DNA of 64,000 bases from Phoronis australis (taxonomy: Eukaryota; Animalia; Phoronida): NCBI GenBank assembly GCA_002633005.1, contig NMRA01000665.1, positions 1 through 64,000 on the forward strand, read 5' to 3'. This document shows, piece after piece, positions 46,305 through 60,077 of the stretch (the stretch's first letter is position 1; every line of letters starts with the position of its first letter). Below the pieces are notes generated by a model. That model ran no database searches. It worked only from the letters and a program-made list of their open reading frames with translations, and had not been told where the DNA came from. Position numbers and translations under genes: made by a program.

Positions 46305-48164
46305 CTGAAATATTTAAAAGAGCATTTGACTTGTGTGACCTGAAACACAAATTCAGGGTGACCCAAAGATGAAATGTGTTTGTTTTGAAATATATCTTTT
46401 TGATTTTTGGTTCTAGTATTTGCTTCTTACCATCCTGCTGGAAAAACGTTTCCGTCAAGATGGAAACATTCTCACACCCAGGTAAAATACATTCTACTCT
46501 CATAACTTTCACCCACGCGGTTGAAATGGTCCATCCTCAACTGGTGGCAATGTTTTTCATACTTGTGGAAAATTAATGCTTTCCACCCCCTGCTAAAGAG
46601 CGGAAATTCAAACGCAAAAGACTGCATTTGCCAGCAACAAACTGAAGGTCACCTTGGGCCACCCAATGCTTTGCTGTGAAACTTATTATTTTGGTTCTTG
46701 ATACGTCTAATTTACGTCCTAATTGCATATCGTAACACTATTGATCGAACGGAGTCCATTGTTTCATAGCGTCTAACTTGACTTAGTACCCAATTCCGAA
46801 ACTTTCTATGTCGGCTTAACCTACTTAGCTACAGCCCATCTGAGGGGTGCACTTTATTGCTCTTACACAACTGTGCGTAACATGGGCACACAGTGTGACA
46901 AATGCCAAACTGCGTACACGCAGATTGCATTTTCAGCCACGGAATGAGATCCACACGTTATATCACTGAAATATTGATCACCAACCGGATTTATTGTGGC
47001 ATGGACCCTCCTGTTAAGAGAAATCGTTTTCAATGTAATGATTCTTTGTAAATGTTGGCTATTTCAAATATTCAGTGAAGGAGCATGGTCTTGAAGATAC
47101 TGTTTCCGCTACAGTGTAGTTGAAAACTTCATCAAACGGAGTTTAAACAAGTTAGTACAGTAGAACCTTAAGCCAAATTAATTCTCATTGAATGCAAACT
47201 TAAATGGATTTACTACGAATTTTTAGCTTGATATTAATTCGAGATTTTGCACCACCATCTAAAAAGGCCGCTATAATGATCGTATGACAGCTGACTCAGG
47301 ACTAAGTCCACAGTACCAGTGGATGATGTTGACCATTTCACTGGCCTGGGCCAATCAATGCCTTAATTGCACAACTGTCTCGGAAACCTGAAAAAGTCAT
47401 ATCTGAAAGAAAAAAAGTACACTGTATGGGGTTTCTCAACAATGAAAAACATAAACAATGGGGTTTCTCAACAATGAAAAACATAAACAAAGTCTTTTTA
47501 CCTTACTACGTACAACATGTAAAATATTTGGAGATGCCAACAATGACCAAAAAGTTCGGTTTTGACCATGTTTCACCTAAAATTAAAATTTCACGACAGG
47601 TCCAGTGCAAGAAAAGAGACCATCATCCGAATGCTCTTCCACTCCAGATTCCAGAAATTCAGGTTAAAATTTGTCATTACCTCTCGTCTGAAGAGTACTT
47701 GGATTCGCGCCAAGAATTCGGCAAGACTCAACAAGGATGTGCTATCGAAATGGCCGCACCTCCGTATTCTAGTAGACAAGAGCACAGGAAATTTTTTCTG
47801 GGCGTAATTTACTCAAAAAACGTCAAGGAACTACTGAGTTCCTTTTGTGGCAATCACTCCGCATTTAGTCCACAATCGGTTGTCGTAGAACCCGACCCAC
47901 CCCATTTTATTCATTTTGGGGGCATCTACAAGGGCCTGTACTTTGGTGTTAGACCTCACGCAATAAGGATACTTACTCAGCCGCAGGAATTTATAATGAG
48001 GTTTACGTGGAACCCTACTTTAAAAAATAAATAAGGCAGGCAAATTGATTGTGTTTCAGTCATATCGTTCGACTGACGAAACTCATTTGTTTTCTAAATT
48101 GGTGAGTGCAAAGGAAACAGTATCCTTAGACACGAGCATGCTGGGTAATAATGAGCTTTCGTAC

Positions 48165-48374
48165 GCTTGTCACACTTTAGGCCATTTGGTTCCCAAGCAA
48201 GTTTTGATGGCAATCGTGGAGTGTCCAGACACGTGAGTGTGAATTTGCTGGTCGTCTTGTTGTGAAACCATCCGTCGTGACATACGACAGTTACGTTGGT
48301 GCCATACTTGTAACGCTGTTTAACTTCAGCCGAAGCGGAGCCAACCGTGGCAGACGGGTCATCACAGGTAATTT
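48165..48374 (-). CDS. Sushi/CCP module exon (210 bp, phase 1-1)
   Basis: ITCDDP...YKYGTNVTVVCHDGW...LTCL...AWEPNGLKCDK; the most canonical CCP module of the gene. Confidence 0.9.
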
Positions 48375-49550
48375 CTGAAAGGGACAAAACATTGTTTCAA
48401 AATGCTAACAAAAGTAATATTGGTTCCCTAGTACATCGTCAGTGCCGAAAACGACAACCTTGTCTGGAATCGTACAGGCGTAGTGGTAGTAAATAATTTC
48501 CCAGGTTGAGTATTTTCACAAACTTCGAGACGCAAGAATAATTGAAAATTGGGTGTAGCATTTTACAACCAATGCTCTATAGTGCTGACATGTATATTTT
48601 CCTGCGATTATTTTCACCCACTGTCGTTTCAGAAGGCGGTTCGGTCAGCCGCCATACTCCGCCGAGGAACTTCTTATTACCGTAGGTAAACCGGTACACA
48701 CGGCTGAGAATGAAGAGGGTCTTCTCGGTAATCTGACAGTTGATTTTGGACAGATGCTACATGTTTACCGAGTTTCTGGCTACTTGAAATTCTACCGAAA
48801 TTCAGCTGGTCTGCAAGACTGCTTTCTTCGATCGCGTATCAGTCAAAATATATTCCTTCAAAGTCTAGGTGCTTCAGCTTTATGATCGTAAAAGATCTCC
48901 TGTTTCCGTTCCATGTACGAGGGGAGATTTTTCGCAAGTGTGCGAGCCCAGCCGAGTCAATCATTCGCTAATGAGGAAAGTACGTTGTTATTTTCAGCGT
49001 GCCAGCGTCGTTACACACCGCGTGTGTAACGAAGTTTTTTAAAAATCTAAACGATTGTTTTATAATCTATGATATAGTTTCACGTTCTCAATGTCATTTT
49101 ATGTGGTAACATCCAATAAATTCATAAGCAGCGTACGGTTTGTAAGATAGCTTTAAAAGGATGCCAAAACTGCTTCAGCACATGCTTCTTGACATATGCA
49201 TGTACTAGCCACATGACTCTGGAACAAAATCGGGCTTCAGTGCAAACCTCGTCAGTTTGCAAAGGGTAGGGCATATTTCAGAACTCTTTGCACACTTTGT
49301 CGCTACAAAACCGGTCTCGCTTCTTCCTTACTGACAAGTGGTTTCTGGAGTCGGATTGAAGTAACTGGTCATTAGTCGGCCCATAAATAACCCCTTGTGA
49401 CATTCTGATCCAGATTTTTGTCTAGAGATGATGAACTGTCAAACAGTTATCTAATAAACGTATGGTAGAAATTTTTTGATACCAATTTTGTCAATGGGCT
49501 AATTCAGAACCTCCGAGAATTCCATAAAACAATCCCTAATTGATACATAC

Positions 49551-49769
49551 CGCGAGAGCAGTCGGTGTTTTTCTCTGAGTCCTCAAAAAACGTCCCCATT
49601 GTCCACATTCGTTTACATGTTGCCACGAACTTCATTGGTAAAGTTGTCGAAAGCGTTCGATAGCCTGGATTACATTCATATTCCACTTTGCTGCCATACG
49701 CAAGTTTTGTTCCGATAGAGGCGTTGACAGGATGCGAACGAGCTGGGTTTACGACGATGCATTCTCGGA
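49551..49769 (-). CDS. Sushi/CCP module exon (219 bp, phase 1-1)
   Basis: RECIVVNP...YGSKVEYECNPGY...VATCKRMW...TDCSR; donor GTATGT. Confidence 0.88.
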
Positions 49770-49990
49770 CTAAAAAGTGGGAATGAATGTGTAATATGTG
49801 CTTTCAGTAAAACATGTAGAATATTCAACACTCCCAATTTACTGGCACACATATTTCAAAAAGAGGTGCGTCCGGTTTGCAACTCCGACTCATGACAGGA
49901 AATCTGAACGAGTTTTTTTTTTGTACAACCCAGGCATCGTCTAGAAGAAGTTATCGAAACACCGTCGCCACCGCTGGCAGGGTTACTTAC

Positions 49991-50239
49991 TTTTACAAGA
50001 CCCTTCACCCCACTCAATATCGACTCCCGTACATTCGGCGTCACAAGACGACAGTATGTTGTTGGCGGTAGTACAGGGAGGGGCATAGTATCCCTTGGTG
50101 TAGTCGCATAGAAGTTTGAAGCGGCGGCCCTTCGGAACAATTTCCGTGGTAAGCTCTTGAATATCGTAATACTCAAGGTCGGTTTTATAGTACACCTCGG
50201 TGCCGGGTTGATTTGCCGCGAACTTGAACTGGCACGTGA
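49991..50239 (-). CDS. Divergent Sushi-like module exon (249 bp, phase 1-1, 6 Cys)
   Basis: VTCQF...GRRFKLLCDYTKGYYAPPC...SCDAECTGVDIEWGEGSCK; donor GTAAGT. Confidence 0.82.
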
Positions 50240-50530
50240 CTGAAAGGGAAGTCAACTGTGCAGTCAGTTACACGAGGTTGCCTGATCAGTCTCGTAGAAA
50301 AAGACGACTACGTAAATGTACATTTGCTGTGATTTTAGACATGTCTAAAAGTTGATCGGACACCTGTTGATAATAAATTGCATGATTCTTCACACCTAAA
50401 AAGAAGAACATAGCCCTCCCAAATTTTTTTTGGCAGCCCAAATCAACATGTTGAACTTGCGTCCCGTTGTTGGATAATTAACATTTATTGCTCTGTCATG
50501 TAGTCTTTGACCTCAACGAGCTCAACTCAC

Positions 50531-50633
50531 CGTCTGCAGCTTTTAGCTCATCCAGCTTGGCCAAGACCATAAGGAGGATCACAAACAGGTTAACTGAAAA
50601 AGTAAAATTAAAAAAGTGGTCGATCGACAACAT
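50531..50633 (-). CDS. Sushi/CCP protein, signal-peptide exon
   Basis: MLSIDHFFNFTFSVNLFVILLMVLAKLDELKAAD; donor G|GTGAGT, phase 1. Confidence 0.72.
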
Positions 50634-50752
50634 GCTCTTACTGTTTGTGTACAACAATGTTTTAGTGTTGATACTTTCCAAGAGCGATTACTTTCGGACA
50701 TTTGGTTCGTACTGTTTTTCTAAAACCGCTTTGTGGTGATGATGTGGTGACG

Positions 50753-51018
50753 TAATTTCTAAAATCTATTGGCCTATCTACACCAACCTCTAGCCTCTTT
50801 AAATTGGCTCTAGGTTTCGGCCGGCCATTCTCGCGGCCATCTTCAGGTGTTACAGCATTCTCAGAAGAACGAGCACGGATGTATGGTGGCACTCATCAAC
50901 TGAAGGTGGTCACTGGTGAACGGGTCTTCTGTTTTTTGAAAAATGGCCGACCGAAATGCCGTGGCATTGTAAATAGGCCAGAGGTTGATGTTAATAGGCC
51001 ATAAATTTTTAGAAATTA
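50753..51018. mobile_element. Palindromic MITE ~120 bp upstream of the Sushi gene ATG
   Basis: TAATTTCTAAAATCTATTGGCCTA... / ...TAGGCCATAAATTTTTAGAAATTA; arms remain complementary for ~75 bp. Confidence 0.65.
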
Positions 51019-54000
51019 GTTGTGTGCTGATTAATTGGGTCCCCGCCGGCCATGACGTCACGTGGTCACTCGGTGGGATCACATGATTTCGGTGCTACGA
51101 CTCAGGTCTAAAGAGACCAATCAGTGGTCAGGTAAAAAAGGTTCCGGTGTTGCCCCACTCACTAGGACAGGGGGATACTCAGCCCAAGCAGAGTAAACGG
51201 CCATCGGAAATTTTAACTGTCTCAGATTTGTAAACTGGACAGAAATCAGACTGGGAGAAAAATATTTGTTTTACGTGTGGTTAATCAAATAAAATTTCCT
51301 TGGTATATTTAGGGACCTGTAAATGGTCTTACGCGGTTATATTTCGCCTCTTTTTACCTTTCTCTAACGAATCTGCCAGCTTGTACTCTCAAATTTTACC
51401 TAATGGCGTCATATTTTAATTAGTAGTGACTCGAATGCCAGCAAATGACCCAAGTGAATGCTTTCGTTCACGGCGCGTTCACCGATGGATAAAAAATGCA
51501 AATGGCGGGATTACAAGCGAATAGTAAAATGTCGAATCTTCTTGCCGGTAGAGGTTCTTTCGGAGGGCTTGATTTTCGGGCAGTTATATTCGCCGTATTA
51601 TTTCTCCGATAAATGCTCTCACGCGATCGCGATTTCGACGTTTGCAGGTTAATATTTGATGAGCAATTCGAGTGACATGTACGACACTAAATTCTACGCT
51701 TCCATTGTATGGACTTCCAATCCTGTTATGGGTCGAGGCCAACTGTACGGGGTGTGACTAAGATCACTATTTGACAACAAATCCCACACACGGACGCATT
51801 TTTGCTATGTCCTCAATTGTTTTCGTACTTGATCCATACCGTCATGAAGTCAGCATATTTTAAGACTGCATCGAATTTGGACTTTTACTTCAATAATAAA
51901 ATCAGTCTCATAATAACCATTACCTTGACTTGATTGTATTCCATTACCATCAACATCAAACCCAACAGCAACTCGAGAAAACGATTGCGAGTTTTTGATT
52001 TGTGGTTCGCTATCTTTAATATCGCGAATTCAAAAATGCCGGGCACGGTTAGCTTGTATTCGTAACTGAGTGGAACTGCTGTAAAGGCAAAAACTGTTAT
52101 GAGACCGACTTATGAGAGTGTTTAGCTATATTGGCCTTATTCTATTTCATTTTTTGTCAGTTAAAAGTATAATGCAGTTATAAATGTAGATGAACTGGAG
52201 CGTTTATCGAGTATCGGTCGGACTTGCAAACTTTCGGACTTGTGAACCTTTGAATTTGTTTGACAAAAAGCGAAGAATATGTGTAGCCAATACTCCATTA
52301 GAACGTAGACCACATGGGTAGACGTTTAACAGTTTTACTGACCTTTTGTTGCCATCAGGAAGTTCGACCGACGATCTTTTTTGTCTTTTTGTCAACTAGG
52401 CTATGCATGTTTATTTATATCAGTGATCTCGTGAATTAGTCTAACGAATTCAACAGGCAGTGTACGTGCACAAAAAACGTAACGCCTATTGTTTAGTATG
52501 ACGTCATCTTGATGTTTTCAAACCAGTCAAATAAAACATCAAAATGCACAGAGAGGCCTTGAAGCCTGCTTAAAAACTAATCGCCAATTTCGATTTCTGT
52601 CTAAGAAGCGATTAACTTTTGATGTATTTGGCACCATGATGGAATCGGTTTTTACTTGTTCCTGCAGGACTCAGATGAGTTGTGATTTCTGAGTTTGCAA
52701 ACAACTGACAGTACATTAGTTATTTGTTGACTGAGACCATAGAACCACAGGACCTATAGTAAATGATCGACGAATTGTAGCAACTTGTCTCCTGATCAAT
52801 TAACCATCTGATGAGACCTATCTCGTCCAATTCGACAGGCTGCAGCTCAATTTGAGATCAACGTTAAAACAGTAACGGTAAGTTTGGTGTACTGAAATCA
52901 GAAGTTGTTTTCGTCGCGGAAGGCGGGTTCCCTTGGGCCCTGCATTCACGATCGAACTCGCCCAATGACCTCGCTTTCAGAAAGACACTGGGACTCTCGT
53001 CGTGCTGTTGTCATATTTTCCATAAATATTTAACTTCTTCCTTTTTTAATTACTTATTATTTATGAAGTAGTATTTAGTACCTAATCAATACAAGCACTC
53101 TTAAGTGATTAACTTATACATATCTGTTATGCTTTTCGACTTTGTGTTGATATTTTCGCCTAGCCCATGTCGTTAGAAATCAGTGGATTTACCAAAATGG
53201 TCACCCTTTTCCTGAATGAGTCAAAATAAATCACTAAAAGTACTTGGGCTCTTATATAAAATTTTGATCTGGACGGATATACCGCAACTTTTACCGGGTA
53301 AGCCCCGAAAAATGACGTACTGATTTTTACCTTTCTAGAACTGACTCGGAGATGTACCCTAAATATATACAATGTGTGACTCGGTCGTCGGTATTTCGGA
53401 AACAGTTGGGTACTTGTCAGTACCGGACTTAGGCAAATAGTGCCGGGAAAACGTTGTGTCCTGTTTCAATGAAAGTCTGGTCGAGTGATCGAAACCCTGC
53501 TGACGCCTGACAGACCGGAAACCCGTGATCATTTTCAATATAGCGTTGTTTACGGAAATTTTCGGTGAGGCAACACAATTAAGCATTGCGAGGACAGCGC
53601 GGTGTTGGCTTTTGCACTCCGACGGTGCAGACGCCGGTTGCGGAACGGAACTGGGGACCGCTGGGAAGTATTGATCAAGCAAGGCGGAAGTTGTCGCACC
53701 GTCTGTGAAAGTGAACATCTAATTTCATACGGTATCATCGGGCACGCAAAGGAAGACACGTCTGTGTGCAACCGCAGCCGTGATAATTTACCGGCTCCCG
53801 CCCTATGTACCCCACTCTCTTTACGGGCCCCGCAGCGATAACAAGTGGCGCATGTTATCGCCTACAACCTCATATCGATAATGTGGAGTAGGCCTAAGTT
53901 GTCACAAGTAGTGTAAGTTGCACTACTTTAAGTAGCGTCCAGACAGCACTCAAACCTAGCGACAACTCTTTCCACTGACAGGGGAGGATCCAGGATTTTG

Positions 54001-55019
54001 AGTTGGGGCGGGGCAGGGCAGAGTATTAGCCAGGACTTCGTCTTCCGAAGTTCCAGGACTCGAGTAACTTGTTCTCATGCCGTGAATAATATGCAAACAA
54101 TTATCAAGACGCGCATTTCTAAAAATATGCAGGAATTTACGTCATTACTGGTCCTTCTGAGCGGCTCAGTTTACCAGGATCAATTAAAGAGAACGCGGCG
54201 CTAGAGTTGGGCGCACGGAGTTGTAATGATCGCATTCATTTTTGTGAGGTGCGAGCAACAAGCAATTATATAAGTGTAATTACTCGCCCATAAACTGTAG
54301 TAGCCTGTACGTACAATGCACAAACCAAGTATAACTTTCGTTAAAAACAAACCTCTCGGCTGTATTCAGCTGGAAAAATCAACTGAGCCGATGGTCTTTG
54401 ATTGTTCATGAAAAATCGATAAAATAAGCTAAAAACTAACCACTGCCGGCGATTGAAATAAGCAACGGTGCGAATTGGTGTTCTCGGAGGATTTACAAAC
54501 GCTGATCATAGTTATGTCACATGGATTATTCTTTTAGTATACAACTAATTAAGCTACGTTTCAACAAATATAAAACAATTAACATATGATTGACCAGAAG
54601 TCACACTCCAGCTGAGGCTTAGGCAGCGCTTATCGCCCAGCGCTAACCGGAAAACTCACGAAAATGCCCAATATTAACCGCAATCAGCTGGTGATGGAGA
54701 ACGCCTGTAAAGACAGACTATGACTAGATTTAAAGTCAACGGGAAAATACCGTAATCAGTAGTAACGGGTTCACCACAACTCTATCTGAGACCACAATGA
54801 GTAAATTTCGCTGTTTGGTACTTCAGGCTAAAATAACAGGAACACTGAGATAAGAACCTATTCCTGCACGGCAAGAAAAAAAGTATATAATAACGAAAAC
54901 TGGTATGAAACATGCTTAAAACTAACGTTCTTGGGAAGTGACCCTTTATCGTTCGTCACTTAGTAATACCACATGACTCTCGACATTGCCAGGCGCGGGA
55001 GTCCAACTGCTTCAAGCGA

Positions 55020-55052
55020 CACCTATTGGATATAATATTACACAGGAAGTTT
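55020..55052 (+). promoter_or_regulatory. Candidate core promoter of the RRM gene
   Basis: Inverted CCAAT (ATTGG), TATAAT and an ETS-like CAGGAAGT, 65-95 bp before the ATG at 55116. Confidence 0.45.
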
Positions 55053-55115
55053 GCGACTTTTTGTTGGCAATTTGCTTTGGATTTTGGCGTGTTGTTTGCA
55101 TTGTCAGTAATCAGT

Positions 55116-55133
55116 ATGCCGCGGAAAAAGGTG
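55116..55133 (+). CDS. Acidic/RRM (nucleolin-like architecture) protein, exon 1 (MPRKKV)
   Basis: ATG plus 5 codons, then GTG|GTAAGT in phase 0, joining GAARKQQEKK at 58628. Confidence 0.62.
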
Positions 55134-57213
55134 GTAAGTTCTCAACTTATGGAAGTCTGAATAGTTGTCACTAGCATCCTTCATAATATATCGTGTATCA
55201 GTGGGAATTTGAATAACCAATGGTAACATTTTGATGTGCCAGATTTTGAACTCGTCATTTTTATCTCAGTCATTCTCAGTGCCCCACTTTCGCTTCATTT
55301 TGAATCCGACGGTGTACTTCGGAATAAGGGTTTTGTGCTTAATTGTAGCCACAGGAGTAGTTTGGCAGCAGCCCCGCTTTTACGCCGAATTCTACGTTAC
55401 TGAGTCTATAGTATGGCGGCCAGCTTTGACTTGAATAGTTGTAGTTTATTATTTAAAACGGGCAGTGATCAAAGTAAACGAAATCAAGGGAAACCCGATC
55501 CAGTGGCTTAAGTCCAAACAAGTACAGTGCATAAAGGCGTGTGCAAGTGGTGGCGATGTGATCAGTATACTTCCAACCAAGGCATGCGCATTGATGCCCA
55601 CACACAAAATTCCGTTTGTCGTTCATCATGTTTTCACAGGGCCGCTTTTCAGTATGCGTATAGGTGGTGCTGTGTCAGAGTGTAGCAGGTCAATGTATGC
55701 TAAATATACAGCTTTAGGTTATTGTTTACAATCTGACTCCATTAACGTACATACTTGATATTAATAATTTCGAAATCCTTTCGTCATGATGTTGATGATC
55801 TTGGTCATTCAAACATGTATTGCTCGTGCCGATTAGGCTCTTCTAAATCATGCACTCACTGTTTTTACCAGGTGTTCATTTGTGGCAGCCGATCTCGAGT
55901 GACCGCCATTATAAACTGCGACACCTCTCAGAAGGAATGATAACTACAATGAAAACGCATGTCAGAAAATCCCAAAATTGGGTAGAATATTGGAGATACC
56001 ACATAACACATTAGGGAAACTCTGAGTAAAAATCAGTAATAGTCATTTGTAAAAGATTGCCTCTTCAAAGCTTCTTCTTCAGAAAAAAACATGAGAGTGC
56101 TTGTTCTCACGGTCAAGTGTCGTCCTCGAAAACACTTGACGTCTTGTGGACATGATTTCAGCTCGTGTTATGGCGGACGTGTCGTCTCAAAGATGACAAC
56201 TGTTTCAAACAAGTGGAATTAGGTAATAGCATAACTAATATCACTGGCTGGCTAAAATGCGCTAACACAGATACACACTCTGCATCGAGCCAACTTCACT
56301 CTAGGTTAACGGTTACTTTGTCAATCCTGCCGAAACGTGTCGCCCTTTTAAAAATGGCTGCCTTGCTAAATCTGCGTTGCAAATGAACGCCTTGGAAAAA
56401 CTTGGAAATTATGAACAAGAGCAACTAATCGGTACAAGTAATAAATTTCTGGAATCACCATGACAAGAGGATTCAGAGAATAGTAGTATCAAGTATTTAC
56501 GTTTATAGAGTTGGATTGTAAACATTAACGCGGCTTTACGTCGATGTGGGTAAAAAGTAGCCTAATAAAATCTGACACAAAATTAGTGTCATTAAAAATT
56601 ACACTCTTCCTTGAGTAAACTAAATTATTTACCGGTGTTGGAAAAATTGGCGTTCTTTTGCATCGGCTTTCGTCGCTATGAAATGTTGCGTCACCTATTT
56701 CGCCTCAACCTGTTCTTCCATGAGGTTGCGTACATGTCACAACAAATTATTAGAACTGGTTTGATTTTGTTACTAGTTTTTAGTATTTTAATACTAGCAA
56801 CCTGAATTTCAGAACAAATTTTGCTGCTGCAAAGCTGTCGTCATATCCTGCAAAGTTTAAGGAAATGGTGCATGTACGTGTCATGAGCATGTCCCGAGCG
56901 TACTCTTTTCGAAAGGATTACAGACTTTCCTGTGTTACAAAAGGCGGATAATTATGCAAGAAAATAATGTTTATTAGTAAATTGTTTTTCACTTAAAAAG
57001 CTGTTGCAGGCAAGATGAGTGTCTGTTGACTCCCAGATTTTGTATGCAACTCCGCCGGTCGTATGTTAGCTCTTCATATTGATATAAGTTTCGTGACGAG
57101 CAGAGCCACCCGTGCTGTGTGAAATTTCAGGTCTACCGAAGCTCAACACACAGTGGTACCTAGCTATATTTTAATGATAGTCTTCATACAGCTAGCTGGC
57201 TGGCTATCTTGAC

Positions 57214-58089
57214 AGCCGCTTGATACGATACTATAATAAACAAAACAGGACACAACTGCTATCCAATATGGAAGCACACCAGGCACTTCCGTAATTACTT
57301 GAGGCATGTCAATCTGTTAGCATTTTATGTCGCACATTTTGTCTGCGACTGCAGCACGTTCGCTAGTTACTTTTGTTGACTTTGAAACCAATGAATACCT
57401 TACATACCTCCAGATTTTCTTGCTCCATTTACGTCAACTAATGCACTCACATCAGCACAACGCTTACATCAAATAAAAATAGCAACATTATACTTACAGT
57501 GTTCCAAAAGCATTCCGATTGTTGACAAGAAAAGTAGGTCAACATTTCAAGGGGCATTTGAATTTCCATCCATTCCTCCTAAATCATGAAGTACAAACAC
57601 AGAAGCACATGTATGTGATTTAATTAATTAGATGGTGGTCACAAAATAATTCAATTACAAATTAGTGGCGTCTAATAAGTGAAGATATCGCACCAGGTCG
57701 AGCTGAGGTCAGCTCGGCACAGTCACGAATTACCATCGAGAGCTTCTCTGTTTACACTGCCTCTACTATTGGTGTTTTTAGTTGATGTAAGCATTCTGGT
57801 GATGTTGTGAGCAGGCTGATGAGCATGCGCATTAGTTAACGTGAATGGAGCTGGTTGTCCAAGACACTTTGGCATGAGTGTTGCTGGTTGAAGTGGGAAG
57901 ATCTGCTATTTATTGGTTTTGATGTCAACAAATGTTAACGACTGAACCTATTGCAGTTCCGGATACAATGTGTGACAAAGTATTCCCACACTGACACACT
58001 TTGAATTATTCCGGAAGTGTCTAGTGGGCGGCCATATTGGATAGCAGTTGTAAACCTTTCTCTTTATTATAGTATATTATGAAGTGGCT
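57214..58089. mobile_element. Non-autonomous TIR element (~100-bp TIRs) in intron 1
   Basis: ATACTATAATAAA...ACAACTGCTATCCAATATGG...CACTTCCG mirrored by CGGAAGTG...CCATATTGGATAGCAGTTGT...TTTATTATAGTAT. Confidence 0.7.
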
Positions 58090-58172
58090 GATTAAACTTG
58101 CCTGTGCTCTCATGACCCGATGACAACTTGATGATCAAGTTTGGCATGGCATACAGTACTCAGTGGTAAACC

Positions 58173-58485
58173 TAGACAGTGCCACCGTCTCCTCTAGCAA
58201 TAGAGACGGTGGCCATCCCATAGGCCCTTCATACACCGGAAGCTTTTTAGCGAATAATGGATCACACTGACTAAAGTCATTAAACCATCATACCTTTTGT
58301 GCATAGAGGGGCACCTTAGGAGGACGTCAATCTCTTTAATTCCTTCCAACTCAAACAAATACTCCAGTAATCAAGCTTTATTCGAGCAGTCCTTCATTCA
58401 GTTGCCCAAATGAGGCACTGGGTATTCTTACTCTTCTCTCGCCATGAGATACGATGTCATATCCCGTCGCTAGCAGTGTAAAAAC
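58173..58485. mobile_element. Single arm of the foldback MITE family seen at 9779-10379
   Basis: TAGACAGTGCCACCGTC...CTTCATACACCGGAAGCTTTT...CACCTTAGGAGG...AACAAATACTCCAG matches the left arm. Confidence 0.7.
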
Positions 58486-58627
58486 TTTTTCTCTAAATGC
58501 GGGAGTCCTGTAATTGTCTTACACTATAAGTAAAATGGAAAATGGGTTTCTTGTTTAGAATGTGACATGAATTTGACATGGAGATTATGATATCGTTAGA
58601 TTCATCCCGTTGTTCTGCTTTCACCAG

Positions 58628-58811
58628 GGTGCAGCGCGGAAACAGCAAGAAAAGAAAGCGGCTGCAGCTGCTACAGAGGGCGCTGAGTTGACTGAAGAGG
58701 AGGCACAGACCAGTGACGAGACGACTGACCTGGCTGAAAAAGATGTGGAGGAGTCCGAAGATATCTTGGAAGGGGTTGTTGGAGAGGACGACACAGAGAC
58801 TGGTGGTACTG
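58628..58811 (+). CDS. Acidic/RRM protein, exon 2
   Basis: Acceptor ctttcaccag; GAARKQQEKKAAAAATEGAELTEEE...DDTETGGT; donor G|GTCAGT, phase 1. Confidence 0.8.
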
Positions 58812-59299
58812 GTCAGTGTGCACATGTAGTAGTAGTGCCAGTTGTAGTCTCTGGCATAGATTTGGTGGATGACAATAAGTTTATGACCCCCGTGTTCAAT
58901 ACCTGGGCATATGCCTCAGAAATAATTCTCCTGTGTGTCTCTAAAATTTCGGATGCTGAAATTCAAGTCGAAATTCAGTTTTCTCGATTTTGAAGATGGG
59001 TACATGGGCGATTTTGACATTCACCAAACTCGGGCATAGCAATTGGTATCAACAGACCAAGAAAATAGACTTTGCAATTTATAATGTCGTTGAAGAGAGC
59101 TGCTACTTTTCAAGTGTCCCCATGCTGTGTAACATCTAGGTGAACGAGCGTTTGTCGTTGATCGTAATGTCATCAATTTGGAAATATATATTGCAGTCGG
59201 TCTAGTACACATTGTACCAGACTTGCACAGGCCGCACATGTGGTTCTATGGCATTGATCACCTGGAACGCTTGTTATGCTGTATACAGTTAAAATGGAG

Positions 59300-59412
59300 C
59301 AGAGGAGCTAGAGACCTGACTCAAGGGTCTAACAGTGTGGTCCAGTGTCATTCAAACCCACAACCTTGGGTTAAGGAAGCGAACGCTTGTGACGTTAGGC
59401 CACACTACCTTC
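59300..59412 (-). mobile_element. tRNA-derived SINE fragment (same family as 5380-5500)
   Basis: Shared GACCTGACTCAAGGGTCTA body and degenerate A/B boxes. Confidence 0.6.
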
Positions 59413-60077
59413 TCATTGAATAGGGAAGATCAATATTGAAATTTTGTACAACAGTTAATTTTTCGTTGTCCGAAACTGCGGAGATTAAATTGTACTCTAA
59501 TCTTTGTTTAATGGATCCACGGCATGTGTCATTCCCACTTTATTCATTAATTTTAGCCTGATTTCTTTCCCAATCTTATGGCCGGGTCAATGTTGAATAT
59601 TGCAAATGTTGGTCTGGAGAGCAGGGCCCATCATATGATTAGGAACTCCTCTATCAACTGCTCTTGACAATCTGAAAGGACATTTTGTACTGGATGGCTG
59701 AGGCCTCAAAATGATGGTGCACTACCCAGTCAGCTTAAGGAAATGGACAATTTGGGGCCCGATATTGACGCTCGGACTGTTAAATTTTATTGACACTTGT
59801 AGTCAGCGATATTGATTTTGATAAATAACCACTCATAAACTGTGATTGTCCAGCATAGTGAATGTGTCAGACGAACCAGGGCTGCATTCCGTAAATGCAG
59901 GCAACTCATGAAGACAAAAGAATGCTAGTCTTTGGGAGACATCGCCTTACAAGTGAAGCATGTGAGCACGCTAGCATTTCTTGTGATTTTCCTTCGTCCA
60001 CCAAAATGCAGCCTTGTTTCCTTGTATAGAATAGTTTGAAGTGATGTTGCGAACCAATCATATTTTGCTTACCACAG

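Noticed and set aside
46820-47010. Cys-rich minus-strand stretch (DITCGSH...) as an extra Sushi exon
   Set aside because: Both nearby acceptors give immediate stops in phase 1, and no donor fits.
47426-48034. 202-aa plus-strand ORF antisense within a Sushi intron
   Set aside because: Begins in a 32-bp tandem duplication, has no recognisable domain and lies in repeat-like sequence.
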